A DNA stretch of 63,171 nucleotides, the filler included, from Intoshia linei (Eukaryota; Animalia; Orthonectida), in NCBI GenBank assembly GCA_001642005.1. It is 4 parts of 4 records of this genome, joined end to end, with 100 filler letters (N's around TTAATTAATTAA, not from the genome) between each part and the next. Parts side by side here need not be neighbours in the genome. Positions count along the whole stretch, not along the records: positions 1 to 23,256 come from LWCA01000563.1; 3 more parts are not named here. One strand, written 5' to 3'. Below the pieces are notes generated by a model. The model searched no databases and was not told the DNA's origin. It worked only from the letters and a program-made list of their open reading frames with translations. The position numbers and the translations under genes were made by a program. Of this stretch, positions 1 to 11,312 are shown in pieces (position 1 is the stretch's first letter; every line of letters begins with the position of its first letter).

Positions 1-2
1 CC

Positions 3-150
3 GTTTTCAAAGAATTAGCTCCACTACAAAAGTATTGTGTTTTACTGGTTGACGGAGTGTACGTTAAAGTATCATTGAGGTTTAGGGGAGGTCATATTAT
101 TGGCCAAGCGTATAATGAAAAAGAAAATTTGGCAATTGAGTGGTGGGGTA
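3..150 (+). mobile_element. P-element/THAP9-type transposase fragment
   Basis: Frame 3 reads VFKELAPLQKYCVLLVDGVYVKVSLRFRGGHIIGQAY, resembling the C-x-LLxDE-xx-IK-x-L-x-Y-xxG-x-IIG block around the first catalytic D of P-type transposases; cut by the window edge. Confidence 0.6.
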
Positions 151-540
151 ATTACGATGAAAAAAAAATTTTCCAATATATATAATCAAGAAAAAAGAAT
201 GGAAATTCAACTATTTGATGTTATTTTATTTTTTTATTATTATATTGTATTTTTCATTGTTTTTGTATGTTTATTTTGTGAAATGAAATCAAAATTTGTG
301 ATAACTATTTATTTAAACTGAAATTATCAAGTTTTTTCCAATTTGATTGATTAATAACCCTTCTAATATCCTAAATTATTCTTTTGTCAAGTCTTTCACT
401 TGCCTAATAATCTTAAAGCAAAAAAAATCCCGCCTACAATCTTTTTTACTAGAATGTCTCGTATTCCGTCCTGGTTTAAGCTGTCCTTGTATGAACATAC
501 TTTTGTCTACGGTATATAGGTATTAATTTTTTAAATATCA

Positions 541-1770
541 ATTTATTTAAAGGTCTATTCATAGCTAGATCAACGAAGGTTTTAAACCCATATCAAGTGG
601 AGATAAACGATTTGAAAAATTGAATGATGAACATCACAAATTTATGGTGACTTGTATTGAAGAAAACTTGTAAAGTCACTGTAGCGTTGTTACCTAGTAA
701 CAATACTATTCCTAGTATGCTTTGGTAGTGCTGTGTATTCCAATATCATATAAGATATTTACTTCACAAATATTGACTGCTTGATAGTAGCAATGTTTAG
801 TGTACACTGTACAGTCTTTATCATTATATTATATGTATATTATGGGATTCACCGCCAGTCCTCCTCCTCCGATCTTTCTCACATTACAACGACATGCACC
901 TGAAAATGCAAAAAATGCCGTAAATAAAGAGAAAAGAAATTTTACTTTAACCCATTAACACAATTTGACGCATTTTTGCGTCAAACAATTTTTTTTAAAC
1001 GATTTTCCACGTATTATTCATTAAACATCAATTCATATTAAAATACAAAATTATCATAATGAAAATTGTATATAAATATATTTTATCCTTATTAATTAAT
1101 GTTTTATTATATTATTATTTATTATTATTATTTTGTTTTGATTTGTTTTGTTATTAATTTTGATTGATTAAAATTTAAATTACAATTAATTAAGTAATTA
1201 ATTAATAATAAATACGATTCGTCAGTGAATTATAAAATATACGTAACTAACATTTATAAATACGAACATTAAAACATTATCATTTTTGTGTCAATGGTGG
1301 CAATGGGTTAAAGTTACTTGAATTACAATCTGAAAAAGCAAATATAGTGTGTATGGAAGAAACTAATTTTAATTTACACATTTCAAGAAGGGAAGGTAGA
1401 TCACAGCGCGGTGAGCGTATTACCTCAATTGCGGCTGGATCAAGGGGTGCCAATATACCCTGTATTGGTTGTATTGATAAGGTATGACTTATCCACTACG
1501 AAATTAAAAGAGGAAGTTTCAGAAAAGAAAGTGCACAAGAATAGATAAAAAATTGCTTAAGAAAAGCAAAGTAAAAATACAATAGCCTTGTCGTCGTTAT
1601 TGATAACACTTCAGTGCACAGCGATATGGAGAGTATATTACTAATACTAGAATTTTCTGAACATTCATTTTTAAAGCTTGGACCATACAGCCCTATGCTC
1701 AACTGATCAACCCAATTGAGACTGTGTGGTCAAGCGTTAAAGCCAAGATAAAACGATCACTTGCCGTTCC
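541..1770 (+). mobile_element. Decayed IS630/Tc1-type (DDE_3) transposase, interrupted by insertions
   Basis: Pieces read KRFEKLNDEHHKFMVTCIEEN (HTH-like), IVCMEETNFNLHISRREGRSQRGER, LIHYEIKRGSF, VVVIDNTSVH and LGPYSPMLN/PIETVWSSVKAKIK, with stops and frameshifts. Confidence 0.8.
951..1307. mobile_element. piggyBac-type MITE
   Basis: TTAA on both sides (947-950, 1308-1311); TIRs CCCATTAACAC and GTGGCAATGGG; removing it restores the surrounding transposase frame. Confidence 0.8.
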
Positions 1771-1771
1771 C

Positions 1772-1857
1772 CGTGAATTTATTTTTTTGGTAGAATAAAA
1801 ATGTGCTCACGGCAGAGCTAGGTGATGTTTTTACGTAGTACATAACAGTCAACCTAG
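1772..1857 (+). mobile_element. Helitron family 3' terminal fragment
   Basis: Matches the 3' end of copies at 13867 and 16380: degenerate hairpin then CAACCTAG|T. Confidence 0.7.
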
Positions 1858-1877
1858 TTTATATATAAAAACAGTAC

Positions 1878-4800
1878 TTTGAATTTGTAGTCTTGAATTT
1901 TGAACAAATCAATTCCAATTCATGATCATTTAGACATATATTCAGTTCTTGTAAAACAAATGAAAATTTGGATTTTTCTATGTATCCAGTCTTCTTAGTA
2001 TCTATCAATTTAAATTCTTTTTTTATAGAATTTTTATTCAATTCAATCTAAAAAATTTAATTAATGATATACTCATTGGTTTTCTCGTGGAAAAGTTAAG
2101 TAACATATCCATGGACACCCTATTATAATTAAATTTTACGATTATTATAATATTCATATATATAATTTTTTTCGGGAACACCGTATTGTTTTTAAAATTC
2201 AACAAATTTTAAAAAAATTAATAAAGTGTGCATAATTCCATTTAAATTTAATTTGAAGTAAAATGACCGGTCCATGGTAAAAAAAGTTTGGGAAAAACTT
2301 CATTAAAAAGTTAGAAATATTGAATAGTAACATTTTTGTTAATTTTAAGCTGTTAATCTAAGCTTTTTTATTAAATTTAATTTTTTTTAGTTTTGAAAAA
2401 TTCTGCCCTCGGTAGTAGCTAGGTACTGTTCATACGAAGTACATAACAATCAAGCTTGCATTATATTACAAATAATAACCTTATTTCTTAAATTTGTGAA
2501 AACCATTTCTTTATCATTATTCATTGTATTTGAAGTTTTAAGAAAATCCACATCTCCCATCGTCGGAGGTTTCAATTTTGCATTTGGATACGAATTTTCC
2601 TTCTTTGTAAAATATCGGATAAATTCATTAAAATTAATGGTGCAATCTTTTTGCTTAATGAAATTGTCCCACAATATTCGTATTTCACCTCGCATTATAG
2701 TGGGTTTGATTGGTAATCTAATGACAATGTTATTATTTTTTAGTAGACATTGAAAAAGTGACAATTTTCCCCAACCAATATTGTATAAAACTTGGTATAT
2801 TTGACTTAAAAATCAAATATTACGTCCATATACAATGCAATATATTACAACAGAAAAAACTTACTTTTTAAAAATAAGGTACATATAATCTTGTGTCAAA
2901 CGTTTCGTATTGGCTATATCAATTTCCTCAAAGTATTTCTCTATCAACGGTAAATTGTTAGTAATATTTTTTCTAATGATTAATATCAACTGCTCTTGTG
3001 TACGCATTTTTGTTGATATCGACAGATTTGAAATTTTTGATGAATTTCGTAATTCACTAGTAAAAATTTGGAATCAATAATAAAAATATATATTGTTTTT
3101 AATATTTAATTCCTTGTATTACAGTGTGTAATAGGGATTTTTAGTTATTTTGAAACTAAGATCCACGTAGCCCTGTTAAGGATGAAATTATTTTTCCCAA
3201 CGAAAACGAATTCTACATTATCAAAAAAATTTAAAATCGAGTTTAATATTATGAATGCATATAATACCTAAATTTTAAGTAGTATAGTTAAAAATATTTC
3301 ATGGATGGACTATACTTTTAATTAACATAACATGTGCAAGTCTCAAAAAAATAAATTTACTACTAAGAACTTTCTTGTGAAAACGCATAAAAAATCCTGA
3401 TGTACACAAAAAAATTTGTGGTGCAAAGAAATAATTATATTTATTACTTAAAATTCAATTCCTTCATGAAATCGATGTAATGAATATTAGCTCCATCCAT
3501 ACTTGTCGGGAGTCTTACCAATAAACAATCCATTTCGTTTTTTTGAATTGTAAGTCCGATAAAAACTTCCAAACAATGCTTACAATCTTCTACGCTAATT
3601 ATTCCACGAGATAAGGTATCATATTTCCTATTAATTTAATTATAGAAATAATTTTAATATGTCACTTTTTTAAGTAATTGTAGTTAAACACAGTAAAGGT
3701 ACGAGTAGACAACAATCTTTTGATTATGACAGAGCGGGTAGGGCCAGTCGGGTTAAACATTGAAAAATGTTTTATTTAATGATTCACTTAAATCATAGGC
3801 GAGTAATGCAGGAAAATTGGGTCTGTACAGTGTAAAGACTATTATTGTAATAGTTTAATGATATTATTTTAAAAAACATAATTAAGTGGTTTTCTATGTA
3901 TTTATTTTGATACATTTTAAGTGGATTTAACTTTTATTTTATTTTAAATTCAAATTGTACCTATGGATTTTCAAATTTAATTTGAATGTATATTTATTTT
4001 ATTTACATTGTTAAATTAAAATTTTTATTTACATAGTTTTTTATTTATATTTTTTTTCATTTATAATTCCATTTTTTCTTGAATTTCAATTACTTCACAA
4101 TAAACTTTGACCATATTCCTTAAGCCACTGGTTATACGCAGTAAAAAATCAACAATCTAGGGTCGGTAGACATGCGTATCAAGCTTTACCTTAATATCTT
4201 AACTTAATCTTTAACTATTTTCAATGTAACAAAATTATTAGACATTTCTAATTAAACAATTTAAAACAGATATTTGTTGATCTAGTGATAATTGCAATTG
4301 ACATTCACACTATAGCCATCGCATGGATGGTTGGTAAAACAGGCAATTGGAATAATGATTAAGACAAGAAATTATATGATTTCACTTTTTCATATTATGA
4401 TTTATGAAAGGTTCGATTTCATTTTATTTATTATTTTTTACCAAATTCTGAAGTCTTCCCTGTTATTCAATTTTTTAGTAAGTTATTCTTATTATTATGT
4501 GATGAATTTTCATTTCAGATTTGGAAAATAATCAAGGTTATTTAATAAAATAATTATGTACGTTGGAATAATATTATTATTTTTATGAGTTATTGACAGT
4601 TGTTTTTGTTAATAGAATAACCAATGTCAGGGAGAGTTTATTTACGTTTTCTAGGTTATTTAATTGAATAACCAATGTCAGAGAGAGCTTATTTATGTTT
4701 TCAGGATTATTTAATAGAACAACCAATGTTAGGGAGAGCTTATTTACGTTTGCTGAGTTATTTAATAAAATTATGATAGTGGCTGACGCTTTGAATTATT

Positions 4801-6574
4801 TTGATGCTGATAATTTTATATGAAATGAATAATTATTTGATTACTTATATTGAAAACATACTGGATTATGGAACTTATTTTAGTATTTAACAAATAAGGT
4901 GGAAAGTATTTTATAAAGTTCGAACCGAACTATTATTGATTTTTATCTTGTCAGCTGATCTGGTAATATATGTGAAATCGGATTGTCCCCCCGAACTTCC
5001 CTTGAACAACCAGTTGTTAATCTGTCTGGTTAGATCATTCTCAAACCGAAGGGTATTAATTTTTAAATATTCGTGATCAGCACACAAAAGTACACCTATA
5101 TGTAAATATACTTTTTGTTCTTTAAAAAAGTGCACATCCTACTGTAGATTTATTTTTAAATACAATGAGACAACTTAAATTATACTGGTTTCATTTATAA
5201 ATACATTTTAACATGTCAAATTATAAGAGTTGTAAATTTGAATGTATTTATGAAAAAAACGTGAGAAAGTTAATATATATTTGTGTAAATATGTTTTTGA
5301 TAAATTTTCTATGGGTTTGTAAAGTTCTTTAAAACTTATAAAAAATAGTTTACATACCCATTATCAAAAGTAATAATGCTTGATTAATCTTGATGATATG
5401 CAAACTTTTATAAATACCATTTTAGTAGAATAACAAAAATTACTGAAATAAAGCCAACAATTTCAAAAATTCACATTGTAAATAAGAAACAATTTCATAT
5501 TCCAATTTAACCATTCCAGTTCTAAATATTGTGTAAGTTACAATTATTATTTTTAATTATTGTTAATTTAAACAAAAACAAGATGTGATTGTTTGTAATG
5601 GTAATTAATGATTTTTATTTCTGTATTATTCAATTTAATATACAAAAAACAATATTATTCATACTTTAGCTTTTGACTTGTCAATGTTCGATGAGTAATA
5701 CTTCCTAATGATCTATCCATAAATTGCATTAAAAATTTTGTGTAGGGTATGGTGGTTCTATTTACATTGATATCACATTCACTCAACAGACTCGGTAAGT
5801 ATTTTAATTCTATGTCAGTATTTAGTGATTTTATTATTTCAATAAAATATTCTTTATTAATCTAAATAAGAATATACAATCATCATGAATAACATTAGAT
5901 TCTAGGAACTAGAATATTTTAAGAAATGCTTAAACAAGCTAACTAATCAAAGGTGACACTAGATGTTTATCTATCAGATTTTTGATATATTTATTATTAA
6001 ATATTTACTCGATTTAATGAACTATATTATATTTGTAGTGTTACAACAAATATTAAAAATAATAATGTGTTTTTTTCTCATCACTGTCAATGAAAGAATT
6101 GTTGGGTCATTTAGACAAAAAGAATTATCGTCGAAATTGATTATTTAGGGATGCATCATTTACACAGTAAGTCCAAAGTATATATTCGCGTACATCGAAT
6201 CACAAGGCTAGACAGATAAATTTTATCTGGACAGAAGGCTTGTCAACGGGAATTAATTAATTACAAAAAATTTACATATTGTGTGCCATCTAAATCATAT
6301 TTAAGAAACTTTTCTAATAATATTTTGTAAGCTCTTCGTAATTTTACTTTAACTAGCCCTAAAAAACATAACTTTGATTTATAAACAACGAACCTAAAAC
6401 AGAAGTATTTCCATTCATTTTGACCTTGCTATAACTATCAACTTTTTTTTTAACAGTAATATCTGGTAAATTATCCAAAGTAGCACATTCACCAACAATA
6501 TTTAAAGATTGGGAATTTTTAAAAGATTTCGACGATGAAACGGTTCGGTCCAAACTAAGTCTGGGTAACTGCAT
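1878..6574 (-). CDS. EFCAB6: Multi-EF-hand calcium-binding protein, EFCAB6-like (multi-exon, 3' end not resolved)
   Basis: Exons encode KYDTLSRGIISVEDCKHCL, FEEIDIANTKRL, KPPTMGDVDFLKTSNTMNNDKEMVFTNLRNK and FKLIDTKKTGYIEKSKFSFVLQELNICLNDHELELICSKF, degenerate EF-hand pairs as in invertebrate EFCAB6-like proteins; possible upstream ATG at 6652. Confidence 0.6.
2403..2458 (+). mobile_element. Helitron family degenerate 3' end
   Basis: CTGCCCTCGGTAGTAGCTAGGTACTGTTCATACGAAGTACATAACAATCAAGCTTG aligns with the family 3' terminus. Confidence 0.55.
4609..4770. repeat. Tandem repeat, three ~52-bp units
   Basis: Unit approx. TTAATAGAATAACCAATGTCAGGGAGAGCTTATTTACGTTTTCTAGGTTAT repeated three times with substitutions. 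Confidence 0.85.
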
Positions 6575-6929
6575 TTCTAATATTGTGAGAATGATTTGAC
6601 AAGATTAATAAAAAAAATAATATTTATTGAAATTAAGCACACTTATTGTCATATTATTGGGCTTATTTAAAAAATCAAACAATTAATGAATACTCATAAA
6701 TTAAAATGGCTGAAACATGCATTATGAAAACAATATAAACAAAATTTTAATACAAATCATAAAATATGATGGTCCATTTTTTACTGTCTATTTTAATTAG
6801 GTTATTATATGAGCTATTCGAAATGAGAAAATTAAAAATAAAATTAAAAATAAAATTAAAAACATATCAAAATAGAACAAGACAGACATTGTAAAAGTTA
6901 CACATTTAGAGTAAAATTTATTGTTTTCA

Positions 6930-6942
6930 GTTGTTTAGTAAC
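6930..6942. promoter_or_regulatory. Candidate RFX X-box
   Basis: GTTGTTTAGTAAC resembles the X-box consensus and lies in the divergent region upstream of the EFCAB6-like gene. Confidence 0.35.
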
Positions 6943-7143
6943 ATGACCGCAATGCGGAACAAACTATCATTGTCATAACAGTTGCATCAAAATAAATTCA
7001 TAATCAATTTTTGACAATTATAAATATTGTACAAATTCACTAATTTTATCTCAATTTGCCAGTTTTTAAAATTTCTAGATTTTAACATAATGTAATGTTT
7101 AATTTTTAAACGTGTAATAATAAATTTAAATTTTTTAATTTAG

Positions 7144-8533
7144 ATGGGTTGTTCCACTTTCGCTTGTGTTAAATCTGTATTTTTTCTATTCAATGCCATT
7201 TTTTGGGTAATTTTTATTAATGTGTTTGAATTCAATGGATACTAATAAATTTGTAGCTTTTCGGTTGCGTGACTTTGGGTTTAGGAGTATGGGTACAATA
7301 CATATGTAATAGTCTCGATTTCAATGATACAAATTATATTCTTTTTACGGCAACCGTTTGTCTAATTGCTGCTGGATCACTAATTGTATTGTTTGGATTT
7401 CTGGGATGTTGTGGTGTTGTAATCAATAACAAATGTATAATGATTGCGGTAATCTTTTCTTTGTGTATACTCTGGAAATAACATTTCATTTTAGTACTTT
7501 ATCGTGATAGTACTCGTAATTGGAATTCAAATTTCGAGTGGAGTTATGATCTATGTTTATCGAGACCGATTGGAAACCAGCGTATCGGAACATCTCGTTA
7601 CAAGTATCAAATCTGTTTACGACAATTCCGAACAAATTTCAATTAGGGAAGATTTATGGGACTCTTATCAAGAAATCGTACCATTTTTTTTATTTTTCTT
7701 ATTTTTATGTATAGGCTCAATGTTGTGGTGTTAATGATCACAGCGAATGGTTTAATTCAAATTCATGGAGTAGCGAACGATGGGTCCCAGATTCTTGTTG
7801 TGTTAATTATGAAGTAGGGTGTGGTAAAAAAGGAAACTTTGAAAATATTTATAAAATGGTAAGTTGTATTTATACTACATGTCATAATAATTTAATATAC
7901 TTTTACGTTACTATTTTACAATATTTTTACATTTTCTTAGGGATGCGCTCAAGCTACAAGACAAGTTTTGAAAGACAACATTTATATTGTTTTAATTATA
8001 GCTATTGTCATTTTACTCAGTGAGGTAATTTTAAATATTATTATGGTATGATTGTATTATTTACACTTGATATAACACTATTGTTGTTTAAAGTGTTTCA
8101 TGCATTTTTATTGAAATAATGAATTTTATTGTTAATAATTAAAAAAAGTTTACGATTATAATCGTTAATAATATTAAAAAATTCACCAATAAAAATAATT
8201 ACATTGTTTTTTAAATTGAACACCACTTTATACAGTCAATTATGTTAAATATGAACATGAGGATATCAAATTTTATTAGCGTTCATATTAGAGTAGTAAG
8301 TGAACACTGAAAAAGATGTACAAAAAACAATTTAAGTTAATTTTTTAATTTTAAATGCTTAAAAATATGTTCATTATGTGAGGTGTTATTTTGTTAATTT
8401 CGTAGATTTTAGATATATACATTTACCATTTTATTTTTATTTTAAAATTATTTTTTAGATTCTTTCCATGATGTCAGTTTTAGCATTAGCTTGTTACAAA
8501 ACAAGAGGAAAAACGTTGATAATTGAACGTTAA
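7144..8533 (+). CDS. Tetraspanin (6 exons)
   Basis: Exons 7144-7206, 7257-7448, 7495-7677, 7715-7858, 7941-8024, 8459-8533 splice in frame; four TM segments, FNAIFW, GFLGCCG, and large-loop CCG, VPDSCC and GC motifs. Confidence 0.93.
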
Positions 8534-8780
8534 TTTCATCAGTATATATTGCGTTCACAACCAATTTTGTATTACATTAAAAATATGCTTTTAAATTTTG
8601 TTAAACTTGAATTGTAGAAATTTATATGTCGTATTTTCTAAATTTAATACACGGTGCAACAAATGAAATTTTTTGGAGATGATCCAATAATTTTAATTTA
8701 TTATTGATCTAATCACTACAAGGATTAGAATGATATGTAATATTACATTTTTACAAGTGGTTTAACTCACATTATATATA

Positions 8781-9865
8781 CAGTGATTTCTGTTCAATAT
8801 GAATTCACGCTTATATGAATTTCATGCAAATAAAAGTTAGATTTGCATAATATTTATTATGAGAAAAAATTTTTAATATAAATTTCTTTCAATATGAACT
8901 GTGAATATGGTTTTGTGTAAATAAACATAAGTTTGTATTAATTTTCTATCACGTGACTTATAAATTTCAGAAAAGTAACCATTTAATTTGAAGAGAAAGA
9001 AACAAGATTTGTCGATAAATTATAAAATTAAACTGTTTGACGAAGATTCAAATCGGTCTCAAGAATATTTAGCTACCAAACACTCCATTTCAGTAGGTTT
9101 GGTAAATAAGTGGTTAAAAAATCGTGAAGAAATCCTTTATTGTAATAATTTAAATTTGAATCATAAGACAGCCTTGCCTAAGGAAATCTGTTAAAATTGA
9201 ATCAGTGGTTTCAACGTCAATGAACATTAAGTATAAGTGGCAATATATTGAAAGAAAAGGCTCTAGAAATGGCCAGTCTTTTGAATTTGAACGATTTTAA
9301 AGCCTCTACTAGTTGGTTAAATTCTTTTTTAACCAGAAATTCCATTAAATCAAAAAAAATTGTAGGAGAATCAAAATTAGTAAGCGAGTCTAAAATAAAA
9401 GAATGGAAAGAATTATTTTCTAAATCGGTAGAAAAATATAGAAATGATAAAATGATTAACTGTGATGAAACCGGATTAGTCTTTAAACAAACTGCTTCCA
9501 GAACTTGCATCTGCTCTACAAAAGATAGAGCAAGTGGAAAATTTTCAAAAGATAGATTGACCATTCTTTTGACATGTAGTATGACAGAAGAAAAATTAAA
9601 GCCAGTAGTAATAGGAAAATCTAAGTCTCTGCCCTGTTTTAAAAATATAAAAAATAGAAAAATTACTTATGAAAATAATAATAAAAGTTGGATGAAACAT
9701 CTGTTTTTAAAATGGTTAAAAAACGTAAATAATAAAATGAATGAAAATAGAAATATACTTTTAATATTAGATAATGCTCCGGTTCACCCTAAAGATGTAG
9801 ACTTAAGTAATATTGAATTATTATATATTCCTCGTAACACTTTGTTTAACATTAAGTTTTGCTGA
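8781..9865 (+). mobile_element. pogo/Tigger transposon remnant (CENP-B HTH + DDE_1), 3'-truncated
   Basis: TA|CAGTG terminus at 8781; ORFs 8988-9194 and 9248-9865 carry FKASTSWL, NCDETGL, KDRLTILL and LDNAPVH. Confidence 0.9.
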
Positions 9866-9879
9866 TTTTCAAAGATTTT

Positions 9880-10098
9880 TAACCATCGTCATTTTTTGTT
9901 GATTGACGCATAATTTGTTGTTTTTGTCGAGTTATTGTGACAATTGTCTGTCTGGGCATATCAAGTTCAGCTGCCACCTGCATTAGTTATATCATTTATT
10001 TATTTATATTTATTACCACTGCGTATGATTTCCCTTCTAACATTTCCCTTTTGATAATATCAATTTTTTTTAACATATTGATTGATTTTCGTTTCGTT
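9880..10098 (-). other. Intron-split pipsqueak/CENP-B N-terminal HTH coding fragment
   Basis: TKRKSINMLKKIDIIKREMLEGKSYAV|VAAELDMPRQTIVTITRQKQQI joins in frame across a 39-nt GT-AG intron (9978-10016) that contains stops. Confidence 0.6.
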
Positions 10099-11312
10099 CT
10101 AGTATTTTAAACATGCACTATGTTTACTTTATGGCTATTCTAATTTAAATATTATATTATTTTTTTTATCGACGTTTAAATTTCAGTTATTTATGCAATA
10201 ATGTTTATAGACGTTTTCAATCTATAAGACTATTTTTGCAGTAAAAACCACAACAATCGAACTAGAATTAAATTTTAAAAATTGAAATGTATATTTATAC
10301 GTGGGTATTGTAGACCATAAAATATAAAACATGACAACTTACCACAATGTTGTTTTTGCAAAAAATAAATCTAAATTTTTCTATAATATCTTCAAAAGGA
10401 TATTTAAAATGATGAGCGAAACTCGAATCAGCATCTTTGCAACACCCCATTCTAGATTATTTTATATATTATGATTATACACCATTTCCGCAATAATCAC
10501 CATTAATTCTTTGATGGGTGTGACACCCTAGTGTACACTTCGAAATAGAACATAATTCGAAAATATAGATTTCAAAATGATCGTTTTTAAATGAAAATTT
10601 AACTTTAGGTCTGGTAAGTCTTGGATCCAGACTCTGGATTCAAAAATTTTAGCAATACAAAATTGGTATTACTGGTTCCAATTCTAAAAAAATTACCACA
10701 TTACAATTAAGTGTTTAATTGTTATTACCACCAAATAAAATGTTTGCTTTATTCAATGTAAAATTTAATTAGAATTAAAAAGATCAATGAATGGATTCAC
10801 CAGTATTTAATCAAATTTTTAACCCGAATTCATATTTTTACATAAATAAGCCGTTATATTTTTTCAATTGAAACTTTTTTTGGTCGCTCTAAATTAAATT
10901 AACATAGACCCTTAAAAATATAATTTAATTGCTGATTTATGAACAAGTACATTAAACAGTTAAATTAATATATGAATAAGAATTTACATGTTAATAATAT
11001 ACACGCTAAATTTTGGCCTAAAATGTAAATTTAATTGACAAAGCGTTGTCAAATTAAACTTTACACGAAATTGAATGACTTACATTTTAATTAAAATAAT
11101 TTAATCAATTTTTAAATGATAGTGATCCACTCAACAATAAACAGCATTTATTATGATTTATAAATTATAAAATTATATTTTGGTTGTTATCTTCAGTGTT
11201 TATCTGACAAAATTTTATAAACACCATCATAACAACTGTAAAAAAGTATCTAAAACGACAAATACACTGTGTAATGTCTTGATTTTTCATAGAATAATAG
11301 TTTTAAGTTACA

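Noticed and set aside
100-321. Short F/I/L/Y-rich ORFs in the track (e.g. 100-321, 5963-6148, 36707-36919, 39051-39254, 56039-56230)
   Set aside because: Expected by chance in very AT-rich DNA or antisense to real exons; no motifs.
4609-4770. Repeat array superficially like CRISPR
   Set aside because: Units are contiguous with no unique spacers, context is eukaryotic, and no cas genes are present.
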